From the NCBI GenBank assembly GCA_964016885.1, contig OZ024741.1:138756001-138820000 (forward strand): a DNA stretch of 64,000 nucleotides. Direction: 5' to 3'. Both the position numbers and the translations under genes were made by a program. Shown in pieces: positions 1 to 12,560 of this stretch. A model generated the notes under the pieces. It did no database searches and was not told the DNA's origin. It worked only from the letters and a program-made list of their open reading frames with translations. How positions within the stretch are numbered: position 1 is the first letter of the stretch; each line of letters begins with the position of its first letter. This DNA is from Eledone cirrhosa (lineage: Eukaryota).

Positions 1-54
1 ATGTTTAGATGTGAATTACCATACATGATCACATGAACATAATAGTAATTAGTA

Positions 55-230
55 ACACCAGGAACTGTAATTGTAGGACCCCTAAACTGTCCACATCATG
101 GTCATTGCCTAGTTAGTAATGTAATATATGAGTGCACAGTCACTATTCATGATAGTACTTCATTTTACATCATATGGCTACTTCTAATGAATTCAAAACT
201 AGAATCTAACACTAGTTACACAACCCAACA
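55..230 (+). pseudogene. Decayed Naiad-type PLE endonuclease region
   Basis: Translates with frameshifts to NCNCR..CPHHGHCLVSNVIYECTV...ATSNEFKTRI, matching the CxC..CP..G.C / GIY-YIG region of the element at 2570-2760; an HHR follows at 538-652. Confidence 0.6.
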
Positions 231-537
231 CACCACCTCGCATCAATGTCACTTAACTTGGCCTGTTATAATTTTAAAAAATAATAGTTTCCCGTTTTTT
301 TTTCTAAAGAATACACCATAGTGACTTCTCTTAGATAATTATGCCCTTTTGTAACCGCCATGTTAGATTTACAAATTAGCTCTCTTTCAAAATCATTCGG
401 ACTAAGGTATGCACTCCGATGTATTATTGTATCTGATTATTCCTTGAATGAGTAATTATTGCAGTAATGGTAAATTTCTTTCGCTGTTATATAAATGGAA
501 CTACCTTCCAGCAACATCATTAAAAGCAATAATATTT

Positions 538-652
538 CTTCTCTGAAGATTCTAAGAAAAGAGTCTTTATCATAATATATATATGCATATGCACATATAT
601 ATATAGAACTTTTATGTTGATATTATGCCTAGATGAAACACTGTGCAAGGAG
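538..652 (+). ncRNA. Type I hammerhead ribozyme motif, degenerate, long stem II loop
   Basis: CTTCT-CTGAAGA-TTCTAAG...CCTAGAT-GAAA-CAC T GTG-CA-AGGAG; stem I CTTCT/AGGAG; the triplet is GCA rather than GUH, so probably inactive. Confidence 0.55.
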
Positions 653-819
653 TAAATTTTGGTTTTTAATGCATTGCCTTCTCCATATATTTTTCCTTAT
701 ATATATATATATATAAGTACTGAAGTTTCCGTTGAAAATTGAAAAAGTCATAGGAGTGAAGAGTGCTCTATGTAAGTACCAGATCAAAATTTAATGTATA
801 ATAAACAATACAATATAAT

Positions 820-893
820 TACCTCATTACCAGAGGTTTCCCGAATAAGACGAATACGAAAAAAACGTCCTCATTCGTTCGTCAGACAAGGTA
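820..893 (-). ncRNA. Type I hammerhead ribozyme in the inverted 5' pLTR
   Basis: Minus strand TACCTTGT-CTGACGA-A-CGAATGAGGACG...CGTCTTATTCG-G-GAAA-CC TCT GG-TA-ATGAGGTA; GUA triplet. Confidence 0.8.
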
Positions 894-917
894 TAGGATT
901 ATAAACCAATACTGAAC

Positions 918-3021
918 TTGGATAAATATCCTTTGGATTACTCTATCAAGAACATCCCTACACCTTCTAACACTTCCTACACGAAAATGCTGATAGACAA
1001 AGTAGAGAAGGTTGTTAAAAGAATGAGATGGAAAGCTTTGATTCTCGATGGACACTTTAACACGGACTCTACGGAACATTTTGAAATCAAAACTCATAAA
1101 TACACACAAAGAGTAAAATATATGACCGCTTTTGAACTAGACTTAGTTAATCTAATCAACAATATCAATTTTCGTAAGTACTCTAACCCTTTTCAATCTA
1201 AACTATCTAATGATATTTCAATATTCAAATCTTCTAAAAATAAGTTCATTTTCTCCGACAAAACTAAAAACTTATACGAAGTTAATAATAATTTACATGA
1301 CCATCTCTTAATAGATAACATCACCTCTAAATACCAAATAGCTAATATAAACACGTATCATAATATAAATAAGGAAGCTAAAGAATTAGATAGTTCTTTA
1401 AAAATAGATAATAGGACAGAAAAACTTGCTAAACGTAATGAATATATCACCCTTAAAGATCACAAACCTGACTTTATTAATCGTCCTAGTTGTAGATTAA
1501 TCAACCCTGCTATGACTGATATCGGTCTTGTCAGCAAAAAAAATGTTAAATAATATAAACACACACATTAGAAGTAAGTCTAAATTACTCCAATAGATAA
1601 ATAGCTCTTCCGTAGTACATTGGTTTAATAAAGTTAAATATAAAAATAGTTCTAGATTCACCCAATTTGACATTGTAGATTTCTACCCGTCTATCACTCA
1701 GACTCTTTTAGCGAAAGCCTTAAATTTCGCTAGAAAGTTTACCAATATCTCTGAGATTGAAGAGAATGTCATCTTGCATGCTAGAAACACTCTACTCTTT
1801 ACTGATAATGACAGGTGGTTAAAATATCTAACCCAGAGAGCCCATTTGATGTCTCAATGGGCTCTTTTTACAGTGTTGATATTTGTGATTTAGTCGGCCT
1901 ATTCCTCCTACACACACTTAAAGAAAAATTCCCTAACCATATGTTTGGGCTTTATCGCGACGATGGTCTAATACTTTCCCATACCACTATAGGCCATAAC
2001 TTAGATAGATTAAGGAAAGACTTAATAAAAACCTTTGCTAGTTTTAATCTTAAAATTACTATGGACACTAACCTTTCCAATGTTAATTTTCTAGATATAA
2101 ACCTAGATTTGCCTACTGCTTCTTATAAACCATGCCATAAACCTAATGAAAATTTAAAATATATAAATAAAGGCTCTTGCGATCCTCCTATAGTTTTTAA
2201 AAACCTTATCCTTAATATTAGCCGTAGGATCACCACCCTCTCTTCCTCAGAAGCTATTTTCAATAAGGCATCCCCTACTATAATAAAGCCCTTCAAAATA
2301 GCGGATTTAGCGAACCGATTAAGTACATACCCAACAATACTAACTCTGTTAAACATAATAATAGGAAAAGAAAAATAATATGGTTCACCCCACCCTACTC
2401 TCTAGCAGTTAAAACTAATGTAGGCAAAAAATTCCTAGAGCTCTTAGATAAACATTTACCTAGAACACATAGATACTATAAGATCTTGAATAGAAACGGT
2501 GTCAAAATTAGCTACTCCTGCGGTCCCCCTATTAAATCTTATATCATCAATAAGAAATCACATAGAGAACATCAAAATTGCTCCTGTAGAGTCAAAAGTG
2601 AATGCCCATTACAAGGTAAATGCAATACCAAAGCCATTGTATATGCGGCTAAACTGACAACTATCAGCAACAACCAACCAGCCACCAGTGAGCGATATGT
2701 GGGTATGACACAAGACAAATTCAAAACGCGTTATTAGTCGCATGTCGCATCTTTCCGACATCCAGAAAAAAGATTCACAACAGCTCTGGCTAGCAGAATA
2801 TGGGATTTGAAAGACCAAGGTATCCAATATAAATTGGATTGGTCAATTTTGAACCAATCTAAAGAATATGCAAGAGGAACAAGAAGATGCACACTCTGCA
2901 TAAGTGAAAAATATTGGATTTTACAAAACCTTAAATCACCAAAAACCTGTCTAAATACATAAACGGAAATTTTCACCAGTTGCCCACACATGAAATCACA
3001 CTTGCTTTTCAGCTCATATAA
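918..3021 (+). pseudogene. PLE reverse transcriptase + C-terminal GIY-YIG endonuclease (frameshifts/stops)
   Basis: YSIKNIP, KRMRWKA, TLKDHKPDF..RPSCRLINP, QFDIVDFYPSI, FDVSMGS, GLYRDDG (about 1947-1967), VNFLDI, IWFTPPY, KISYSC, CSCRVKSECPLQGKC, IVY..YVGMT, CTLCISEK, SCPH; this motif set is typical of Naiad PLEs. Confidence 0.9.
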
Positions 3022-3134
3022 CCTTAACTCACTTTCAGATACTTATCCTCCATACACTCTTATTCTTCACTTTCCTTAAATTATTCTCTTTACAGACTTC
3101 TCTATCTGATTTACTTTCATTTTTAAATTTATTT

Positions 3135-3252
3135 TTAATTTTTATTTTTATTTTTATTTTTATTTTTATTTTTATTTTTATTTTTATTTTTATTTTTATT
3201 TTTAGTTTTAGTTTTATTTTTATTTTTATTTTTATTTTTATTTTTATTTTTA
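3135..3252 (+). repeat. (TTTTTA)n hexamer microsatellite in the PLE 3' UTR
   Basis: Directly visible tandem array. Confidence 0.95.
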
Positions 3253-3751
3253 CTTCACATCCACCAGTAACCTCCCCCCCCCCTACTCTTCGATTCACTT
3301 AACTAATAACTTCACATTCCACATGTTACTTCCCCATTTTCATCCACTACCTTCTTAAGCGGTCACTTGCGATTACCACTCCAGATATATTCTGTTGTTT
3401 CGCAGCAGTTTTTATATTAGTACTCATTTATTCATAAGGCTGCTTTATACTCTGTATCTATATGTCTGAGTGTGTTTATGTGTGTATACGTTCTGTATAT
3501 GTATACGAGCGCCTCTGTATGTGTGCATGCGTACGTGTATATATATGTATGTGTATGCGTGTTTTTATATCTATGTTTTTACATCTATGTTTTTTACATT
3601 CTTATTTTTACGTGCGTGCGTAAGCGGGTGAATATACGTGAATGTGTTAGTATGTATGTATATATGTATACGTATGTATGGGTGTGTATGTGTGTGTGTA
3701 TATGAAATTATAGTCGCGTAAGTACGTGTGATTAGATATACATGGGGCGAG

Positions 3752-3784
<33 letters not shown>

Positions 3785-4421
3785 GCTCGTGTGTATGTAT
3801 GTACGCATACATGCGCTTTTGTCTGTACGTATTTGTGTGTATAAACATTTTTATAGATATATGTGTATGTACGTGCGTCCCTATGTTTGTTTTCTTTTCT
3901 CTAGTGTTAATTGATTACTTTCTCTTTCATTTAACAATTTTTTTCATTCTCATATACTGTTTCATTTTTATACATATATCGAGAATGACACTTCTTTTCA
4001 CTAGTACACTCCCTTCCTTCTTTATCTTCCGCATATAAGTGACCGCGCGTGTGTGTGTGTTTATATGCGTGCTTTCATACTCATATGTGTATTTAATACC
4101 TGTATCTAGATGAGTGTCAACTATATCATCATCTCTTTCAACTCATATTATATCCGTATTTGTGGTCACATATACACAAATATACTTACCCTCATATATG
4201 TACTTACGCACACATTTTCACCATACACATGCATTTGTACATACACACATATGTACATTTGTGAGTGTATATACATGCATATACACATACCTAACTATAT
4301 TTCCTTATATTTTTTGTATAATTTTGTATATTTTTTAATATATCTCTTGCATTACTTTTATTTATATATAATTTTTAGCATTTCTTGAGGAGACTTTGTA
4401 AATATTTCACTATGTTTTATA

Positions 4422-4496
4422 TTACCTTGTCCGACGAACGAATGAGGACGTTTTTTCGTATTCGTCTTATTCGGGAAACCTCTGGTAATGAGGTAA
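4422..4496 (+). ncRNA. Type I hammerhead ribozyme in the 3' pLTR (CCGACGA core)
   Basis: TTACCTTGT/ATGAGGTAA 9-bp stem I with GU pairs, long stem II, GAAA-CC-TCT-GG-TA. Confidence 0.75.
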
Positions 4497-4511
4497 TTAT
4501 GTTGTATTGTT

Positions 4512-4572
<61 letters not shown>

Positions 4573-4811
4573 TTCGAAGGATTATTATTTTCTCAATCAA
4601 AACTGCAGTAGAGACATTAATGTAAGTAAAGATTTGTTCAGGATACGAAAGACAGCGTTTCTTGCGCATATACATACATACACAAAGATACACATATACA
4701 TACGCATATATACAGATACACACACACATATATATAAAAACATATACAGACATACATACATTATACAAATACATATACACACTCACATATATCACACACA
4801 TATCGCTTTGG

Positions 4812-5137
4812 CCCCACTCGGTCACTAAAGACCCTGGCCTTGCACCTAAAATGTTTTCATCCCACCAGACTGGGCAATGTTTTTTTGTGGAAGACCAGCA
4901 GTCGCCCATGCATAACAGCCTCCCCTCTCCACGCCACCGATGTTGTCCAGGGGAAAGGCAATGACCGATACAGCTGAGCACCATTGACGTCGCAACTCAT
5001 TTCTACAGCTGAGTAAACTGGAGCAACGTGAAATAAAGTGTCTTGTTCAAGGACACAACGCATCACCCGGTCCCAGAATGGAACTCACAACATCTCAATT
5101 GCAAGCCCAATGCTCTAACCACTAAGGCATTCACCTT
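4812..5137 (-). mobile_element. tRNA-derived SINE, full-length-like
   Basis: Minus strand has A-box-like TGCCTTAGTGG, B-box-like GAGTTCCATTC and core GTGTCCTTGAACAAGACACTTTATTTCAC; the tail is shared with 24075-24270. Confidence 0.75.
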
Positions 5138-5142
5138 CCTTG

Positions 5143-5905
<763 letters not shown>

Positions 5906-5915
5906 TTTTTTTCAA

Positions 5916-5999
<84 letters not shown>

Positions 6000-6187
6000 T
6001 ATATACATATATATGTATATATGGCACAGGCAGTAGTGTATAGACACACTAGTGTGCAAAAGCATACATACGCGAACACACTCACACACACATATATCTA
6101 TATATAAGAAATAAAACGGAACGTCACAAACATAGAGTTACACATAAATACAATCACGTACGCAACACTACATACGCACGCAATCAC

Positions 6188-6257
<70 letters not shown>

Positions 6258-6263
<6 letters not shown>

Positions 6264-6491
6264 TTTAATAATGTCGTCCTTATGAAATTTGTGGCCTTGT
6301 TTTGCTTAACTAATGAATATTTCCAGCTCCGCGCTCCTAACTTCTGCATGAACTCAGCCACCTAGCTGCTGCTTTCTACTGCATATTGCACGTTGAGCAC
6401 ATGCTTTTACGCTTTGGCTTCTAACTAATTCACCAATCTCTCCTCTCCTTTCTCCATCTCTCTCTTTAAGATTGGTTACTTTTGAACTGTG

Positions 6492-6492
<1 letters not shown>
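6258..6492 (+). repeat. PLE-like terminal repeat fragment (family of 40435-40940)
   Basis: 6260-6320 matches 40882-40940; 6365-6492 is the reverse complement of 40435-40570. Confidence 0.7.
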
Positions 6493-6528
<36 letters not shown>

Positions 6529-6570
6529 TTGTGTGTGTATGTGTGTATGTATGTACGTGTGTGTATGTAA

Positions 6571-6640
<70 letters not shown>

Positions 6641-6786
6641 ATGCTTTGGGAGGGTCATGTTGCCAATAAGAAACACACTCCCCAGTTTCTTTCACTTCAA
6701 TTTATTATAAATTAATTTATAAATTTAGGAATTTATAAATTTCCGGTTGGTTGTTTGGTTCCACAACCAAATGATTGTTCATATAT

Positions 6787-6830
6787 TGTCAAAGTTCTTT
6801 CGTCACACATTCTGTGACCTCTTCAGTGAC
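6787..6830 (-). ncRNA. Minimal hammerhead ribozyme motif
   Basis: Inverted copy of 7050-7094. Confidence 0.7.
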
Positions 6831-7049
6831 TGGGGATTCTTTTCTTTGTTTTTGTGTGTGCCTCTCCTTTGTTCTGTCCTACGCCATCTTGTTTTTGTGT
6901 GTGTTGGTGATGTTGAACATGTTAAGGAAATGGTGAAGAAAGAATAATGTTATCTACAAACAAGGTTTTTGAAGTAAAAACGCACACGCAAAAACAAGAT
7001 AGCGTAGGACAGAACAAAGGAGAGGCACAAAAACAAAGAAAAGATCTTC

Positions 7050-7094
7050 TGTCACTGAAGAGGTCACAGAATGTGTGACGAAAGAACTTTGACA
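7050..7094 (+). ncRNA. Minimal hammerhead ribozyme motif
   Basis: TGTCA-CTGAAGA-G-GTCAC AGAATGT GTGAC-GAAA-GAAC-TT-TGACA; CUU triplet, vestigial stem III. Confidence 0.75.
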
Positions 7095-7877
7095 ATATAT
7101 GAACAATCGTCTGGTTGTGGAACCAACCAACCAACCAACCGGAAAGTTATAAATTCCTAAATTTATGAATTAATTTATAATAAATTGAAGTGAAAGCAAC
7201 TGGTGCGTGTGTTTCTTATTGGCAACATGTCCCGCCCCCAAAGCATAACAATATATATATATATGCACACAATTACATACAAACACATACATACACATAT
7301 ACACACACACACGCACACACACACAAACATATATATTTAAATTATAACAACATGTGGAGAAGGAGCACACGAGTTGGAATATATATATATATGAAAATAG
7401 AGCTTAGTTGATACATCATGGATCAATTAAGCACTCTTGCAATAATAACAAATTTTGAACTGCTTATCTTTAAGAACTATGCCTGTAAATAATATTAGTT
7501 TATTCTTTGCCATTACCTTATCATTACCTCCACATTATCCCATATTTTCTTTTTTCTTTTTACTTCAAAAACCTTGTTTGTAGATAACATTATTCTTTCT
7601 TCACCATTTCCTTAACATGTTCAACATCACCACCATTTAACACCAATACAAATTCCCACTTTGATAATACATAAAATGCTGAAACCGGTAATAGACAATT
7701 AATAAATATATAAATAAATAGATGCCATTGTTAATTAATAAATAAATTAAATAATAAATTAACACTTCACACAAAGTAAAATATTTTGTTTTAAACATTT
7801 TCTAACCCAGAAAAAAGAGAAAAAATAAAAGGGAAAAAAAATATTTTTCTTCCTAATAATAGTCTTTTTCTCCCTAT

Positions 7878-7945
<68 letters not shown>

Positions 7946-8054
7946 ATTTACATATACACAAACTAGACAAAGTCACAGATATATATGTTTTTGTTTTGGC
8001 AACCATTCACGATGTAACTCAATGATGAATTAATAAATTAAATAATCAGAGCAA

Positions 8055-8864
8055 TATACTATAAAGTATGTCCTTAGAATCATTTGATAATATATATACA
8101 TCATTTCCTCTCCCAATTAGCATAATTAACCACATAAAAAATCAATTAGACCAGGCTATAAGAATAAAAGGCACCTATGAAGAAATAGTAGATAAATAAA
8201 CGACAGCAATTTCTTCGCGGCCGACCGCCATATAATATTTACCCAACATTTCAACAGCACGTGGAAATCGACTAATTATACCGTCAACCATACACAATTA
8301 TATATAAAATTAAAGTTAGAAGAAATGCATACACACTCACCAGGATTATGTGTCTACCCTCGGGTTTCGTCCGCATTTTGAGATATCCTATTAAAGATAA
8401 CAACTCGAGCTTCGAACTCGTCAGGAAACAAACTCATAGGACAAGTAATTTTCTAAAGTGACCCCGCAGAAACAAATTCAAATTGGCTAAGAATTGTGAC
8501 GTGGCAGTGGTCAAGTCATAAAGGATATCCTTAATAGAATATCTCAAAATACCTACGAAACCCGAGGGTAGAGACATGATCCTGGTGAGCGTGTATGCAT
8601 TTCTTCTAACTTTAATTTTATACCTAATTGTGTATGGTTGACGGTATATTTAGTCGATTTCCACGTGTTATTGAAATGTTGGGTAAATATTCTATGGCGG
8701 AGGGCCGCGAAGAGATTGCTGTCGTTTATTTATCTACTATTTCTTCATAGGTGCTTTTAATCTTATAGCCCGGTCTCATTGATATTTTATGTGGTTAATT
8801 ATGCTAATTGGGAGAGGAAATGGTGTATATATATTATCAAATGATTCTATGGACATACCTTATA

Positions 8865-8868
<4 letters not shown>
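8055..8868. mobile_element. Non-coding fold-back element with about 340-bp inverted arms, PLE-pLTR-like
   Basis: 8055-8398 is the reverse complement of about 8527-8868 with scattered substitutions; contains an HHR; followed by (TA)n. Confidence 0.85.
8349..8430 (-). ncRNA. Type I hammerhead ribozyme
   Basis: Minus strand TGTTTC-CTGACGA-GTTCG...CGGAC-GAAA-CCC GA GGG-TA-GACACA (GAGACA in the other arm). Confidence 0.75.
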
Positions 8869-8923
<55 letters not shown>

Positions 8924-8973
8924 TAATGAAATGACAGGAGGCTGGATTTGTGTAAATCCTTGAAAGGTTTATT

Positions 8974-9031
8974 ATACTATGATCATTTCAATGACCGGGT
9001 TCTGTATGAATCCGGTGATATCATCAGGTAT
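8974..9031 (-). ncRNA. Type I hammerhead ribozyme with palindromic stem III
   Basis: Minus strand ATAC-CTGATGA-TATC-ACCGG..CCGGT-CATT-GAAA-TGATCA-TA-GTAT. Confidence 0.7.
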
Positions 9032-9386
9032 TCGAAATATAATACGTGAATGTAATAGATAAAATCCATGGGGCTGAAAATCGAGGACTCGAGGGCGACC
9101 GCTATCTTGCACCCTCTACCTTAGCCGGTCGCCCTCAAGTGACGTGGCTAAAGCTCACAGTGTGCTAATACCGGTCAGATAAAGAAAAACAGAAAGGAAT
9201 GGGAACATAAGTTACAAGACAAAAGAAAGAAAGAAAGGAAGGAGAGAGAAGAAGGGGGAAGGAAGAAGAAGAGAAGCCAGGGTTAACGTCAGCTATAAGA
9301 AGAAAGACAGAATATTTAACTCCGTAATAGCACCACCAACTACAAAAACAAAGACGGTTGAACTGCTTTACGTTGAATACTCTCTA

Positions 9387-9419
<33 letters not shown>

Positions 9420-9421
<2 letters not shown>

Positions 9422-10335
9422 AAATATATTTTGTTGTTGAAAGAATGTGATAAAGGCAAAGGAAAAACGAGTGGTCTATGCATAGAACAGAGCTGTAAAA
9501 ATATTTGTTGTTGAAAGTATGTGATAAAGGCCCAGGGTGGTAAAATTAGAGAGGATGTTCAGGAAAAGATGAAGTCAAAGAGTGAATAATATGTAATATA
9601 AGTATAAAAAAGTAAAATAAAATAAATGTTGAATATATAAAGTAAGAGAGATTGTTCAAGGTAAAAGTAAAGGAAAAGAAGAAATGAATAAAATAGGTGT
9701 AATATAAAATAAAGGCTTAACATAAGTGTTGAATGTGTGATAAAGTCCATAGTGTTTAAAGAAAGAGTGTTCAAGGTGTAATATATGATAAGTGTAGAAT
9801 GTGTAAAATGGAGGGTGTGTATCGAAAACGGTGTTTTAATGCAGAGAAAGGAGGCGAGTTCTTATATGTGGGCAAGTTTTAAATATCTCAGAATTAGAGT
9901 TAAGACAGGTGTTGGGAGATTTCAGATTGTGTAGAATTCTATAATTTTCTGTTACGTATAAGGTACACCTTCTTGTATCTTTAACATATTCTGTTGATTG
10001 GTCTATAATAGACCAATCTATTTAATATGGGATCCCACGTTCTTTCATCTCCCACACTCTATTTGCCAGGGGGAAATGTTTATCTACTAATTCAAGGAAT
10101 TTTCTACCTACATTAGTTTGGGTGGTGTGAACCAGATTATTTTTCTTTTCCTATTATTATGTGTAGAAGGATTAGAGGGGTTAGAAATATATTTAATTTA
10201 TTCAGTGATATTTTTAAGGGTCTTATTATATAAGGCGCTTCTTTATTAAATATTTCTTCAGAAGCGGAGAGGGAAGATATCCTACGGCTAATACTAGGGA
10301 TGAGGTTTTTAAATACTGTGGGAGGGTGGCATTAA
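9420..10335 (-). mobile_element. Naiad-type PLE 3' fragment
   Basis: Minus strand 10060-10330 gives HNNRKRKIIWFTPP..NVGRKFLELVDKHFP and similarity to 2170-2470 of the first element. Confidence 0.75.
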
Positions 10336-10422
10336 ATTAAATAACTATGTTCTATACATAGATCATTATTTTTACCTTTGCTTTTCATTCGGAATTACCT
10401 AACACATCAGACACACAGTCGC

Positions 10423-10583
10423 TGCTTTCACCCTTAACGGAAAGGGTGAAAGCATCGATTCTTTGCTTAAACTTTAATCTGTTATTTTAATATATATTTG
10501 CTCTTGGGTTCTTATATATTTTATATATGTTTATCCTTACCGTCGAGCCCTCTTTTGTTCTTAGTCTTCAAATTTATTATTAT

Positions 10584-10590
<7 letters not shown>
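10423..10590 (+). repeat. pLTR end of the Naiad family at 31870-33690, starting with a short hairpin
   Basis: GGGTGAAAGCATCGATTCTTTGCTTAAACTTTAATCTGTTATTTTAATA is shared with 22999-23047 and 33597-33645; hairpin at 10423-10453. Confidence 0.75.
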
Positions 10591-10614
<24 letters not shown>

Positions 10615-10760
10615 GCGGGTAAAATTCCCGAGATACATGGACGAGTTTTCACCAACGGTTTCTGTCCCTCATTAACGCTGCCATCTCCTGCGTCTCCAAC
10701 AGACCAGTGTCTGTCCTTAGGGCATCAACATATGTTAACCTTGGTCTTCCTCTTCCAGTG
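10615..10760 (-). mobile_element. RTE-like LINE 3' end
   Basis: Minus strand RGRPRLTYVDALRTDTGLLETQEMAALMRDRNRW; second copy at 47375-47530. Confidence 0.75.
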
Positions 10761-10824
10761 TGTGCATGAGGAGGATATTAGAGGGAGCTAGAGCGAAGTA
10801 CCTTCCTGCGGTCGTGGTTTTCAT

Positions 10825-11160
10825 TGACTTTAGGAAGGCCTTTGATTTTGTGGAGCGTCACTCACTGTTGAAGATCTTAAGGCTTATGGAATCCCAAAGA
10901 AGAGAGTGGACCTGATATCACTGCACTACACCAACACCAAAGCCCAAGTCATTACACCTGATGGGATGACAGAGTTCTTCGAGATACTGGCTGGAGTGCT
11001 CCAGGGAGATATATTGGCTCCCTTCCTTTTTATCATCGCAGTGGACTAGTGTATGCGCCTTGCACTGGAGAACACCAGGACTCTGGCTCTTCTGTAACAC
11101 CGGCTCAGAGCAGGAAAGTTAAGGCGAAACAGATATAGGATGCTGAATATGCCGACGACA
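10825..11160 (+). pseudogene. RTE-like LINE reverse transcriptase fragment
   Basis: DFRKAFD...TPDGMTEFFEILAGVLQGDILAPFLFIIAVD...EYADD. Confidence 0.85.
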
Positions 11161-11169
11161 TATATATAT

Positions 11170-12007
11170 ATATGGAAGAGAATGAAACGAAATTTAGTTA
11201 CTCACTCTTAGTACGGCTGATACGTAAATATAAGTATGTATACGTACATACATATATGTGTACAGACGTACAGTTGTATGTATATATATACATACATGCG
11301 CATATATATATTTGTACGTATGGGTTTACCGAACATTTATTATAATGTTCGGTTTGTTTGTAAACAAACAGACCGAAATAAGCCGTACAGTTTTCGGCAA
11401 CCATCGACGGCCTCTTGTTCAACACTGACACAGGAGCGATGTACTAGTTTGAAGCGTATCAGCTATCGTCAGCACCGTATACCTTCCTGTCAGATGATTG
11501 AACGTTTGAAAGTATATACTTTCCTTATGTATATTAACGGCTGATCAGCCTAATTTACATAACGAGTGAGTTAGGCGGCCGGGCGTACCGAAAACGATAA
11601 ATGGAAAAGAATGACAGGAAAGTTTCATTTCTCACTCTTAGTACGGCTGATACTTAAATATAAGTATGTATACGTACATACATATATGTATACAGACGTA
11701 CACTAGTATGTATATATATATATATACATACATGCACACATATATAAATGTACGTATGAGTTTACCGAACATTTTGTTTGTAAACAAACAGCCCGAATTA
11801 AGCCGTACAGTGTACGGCAACCATCGACGCCCTCTTGTTCAACACTGACACAGGAACGATGTACTAGTTTCAAGCTTATTAGCTATCGTCAGCATCGTAT
11901 ACTTTTATGTCAGAGGATTGAACGTTTGAAAGTATATCATTTCCTCATGCATATTAACGGCCGAGCAGCCTAATTTGCATATCGAGTGAGTTAGTCGGCC
12001 GGGCGTG
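11170..12007 (+). repeat. Tandem of about 1.8 units of an unclassified repeat
   Basis: CTCACTCTTAGTACGGCTGATAC at about 11200 and 11631; the internal blocks are repeated in the same order. Confidence 0.85.
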
Positions 12008-12020
12008 ACAGCCTTCTTTC

Positions 12021-12074
12021 GTTATTTCAGTGAGGAACTGGAATCATATGATTCCAGTTCCTCAGTGAAATAAC
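12021..12074. repeat. Near-perfect 54-bp palindrome
   Basis: GTTATTTCAGTGAGGAACTGGAATCAT|ATGATTCCAGTTCCTCAGTGAAATAAC, one mismatch. Confidence 0.92.
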
Positions 12075-12162
12075 AACCCAACTAGGAACTGGGCATATCA
12101 GAGTATTGACAAAATTATACACCTCAACAACATATATACTTGTCTATACCACACTAATTCGG

Positions 12163-12217
12163 ACTGCCTGAAGAGGTCACAGCCAAAGATGGCTGTCGCT
12201 GAAATATATATAGCAGT
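12163..12217 (+). ncRNA. Canonical type I hammerhead ribozyme
   Basis: ACTGC-CTGAAGA-GGT C ACAGCCA AAGA TGGCTGT C GCT-GAAA-TATATA-TA-GCAGT. Confidence 0.85.
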
Positions 12218-12389
12218 AATAAACGAAGCTAAATTTTAAACATTTGACATTTTATTTAACTTTATTTTACATTACTCCGGAGTAACCAAACCAACCTGCG
12301 CCCTTCATCGAGTGCTCCATCTGCATACTGAGGTGTTGGTATACAACCAACATATACTCCTATATATATATAGGAAAATATCTGACACA

Positions 12390-12560
12390 GACGGCAGAGT
12401 ACAAACCGTTTCGACGGCTAATTCTGGACTTCAGAAATAGCCGTCGGCACGGTTGAGCTCTGCCGTCGGGGTCAATCATTTTCCTATTACCCACTCTACT
12501 ACCCTAAGTATTCAGTACTCTGGTGCGTTATGTTTGATCTGGTTCCTTACCACACCTCCT
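12390..12560 (+). repeat. PLE pLTR fragment starting with a hairpin (family also at 14055-14180, 38425-38600, 53292-53342, 57235-57355)
   Basis: Arms 12390-12426 and 12432-12467; shared CTACCCTAAGTATTGAGTACTCTGGTGCGTTATG-like block. Confidence 0.75.

Larger units (their letters stand above)
797..4518 (+). mobile_element. Near full-length Naiad-clade Penelope-like retroelement with inverted terminal (pLTR) repeats
   Basis: 797-893 is the reverse complement of 4423-4518; broken RT + GIY-YIG ORF; HHR in both termini; (TA)n after the 3' end. Confidence 0.9.
6635..7252. mobile_element. Non-coding fold-back of two inverted pLTRs of the PLE family at 54995-57180
   Basis: 6635-6902 is the inverted copy of about 6982-7252; both match 56860-57120; flanked by (TA)n. 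Confidence 0.88.

Noticed and set aside
918-3021. Selenoprotein-type Naiad (in-frame UGA at conserved Cys)
   Set aside because: The conserved Cys positions I checked (CRLINP, CSCR..CP..C, CTLC, SCPH) are TGT/TGC; the lesions I saw are frameshifts and TAA/TAG stops
3135-3252. Telomeric repeat
   Set aside because: The unit is TTTTTA, not TTAGGG-like, and it lies inside a retroelement 3' UTR
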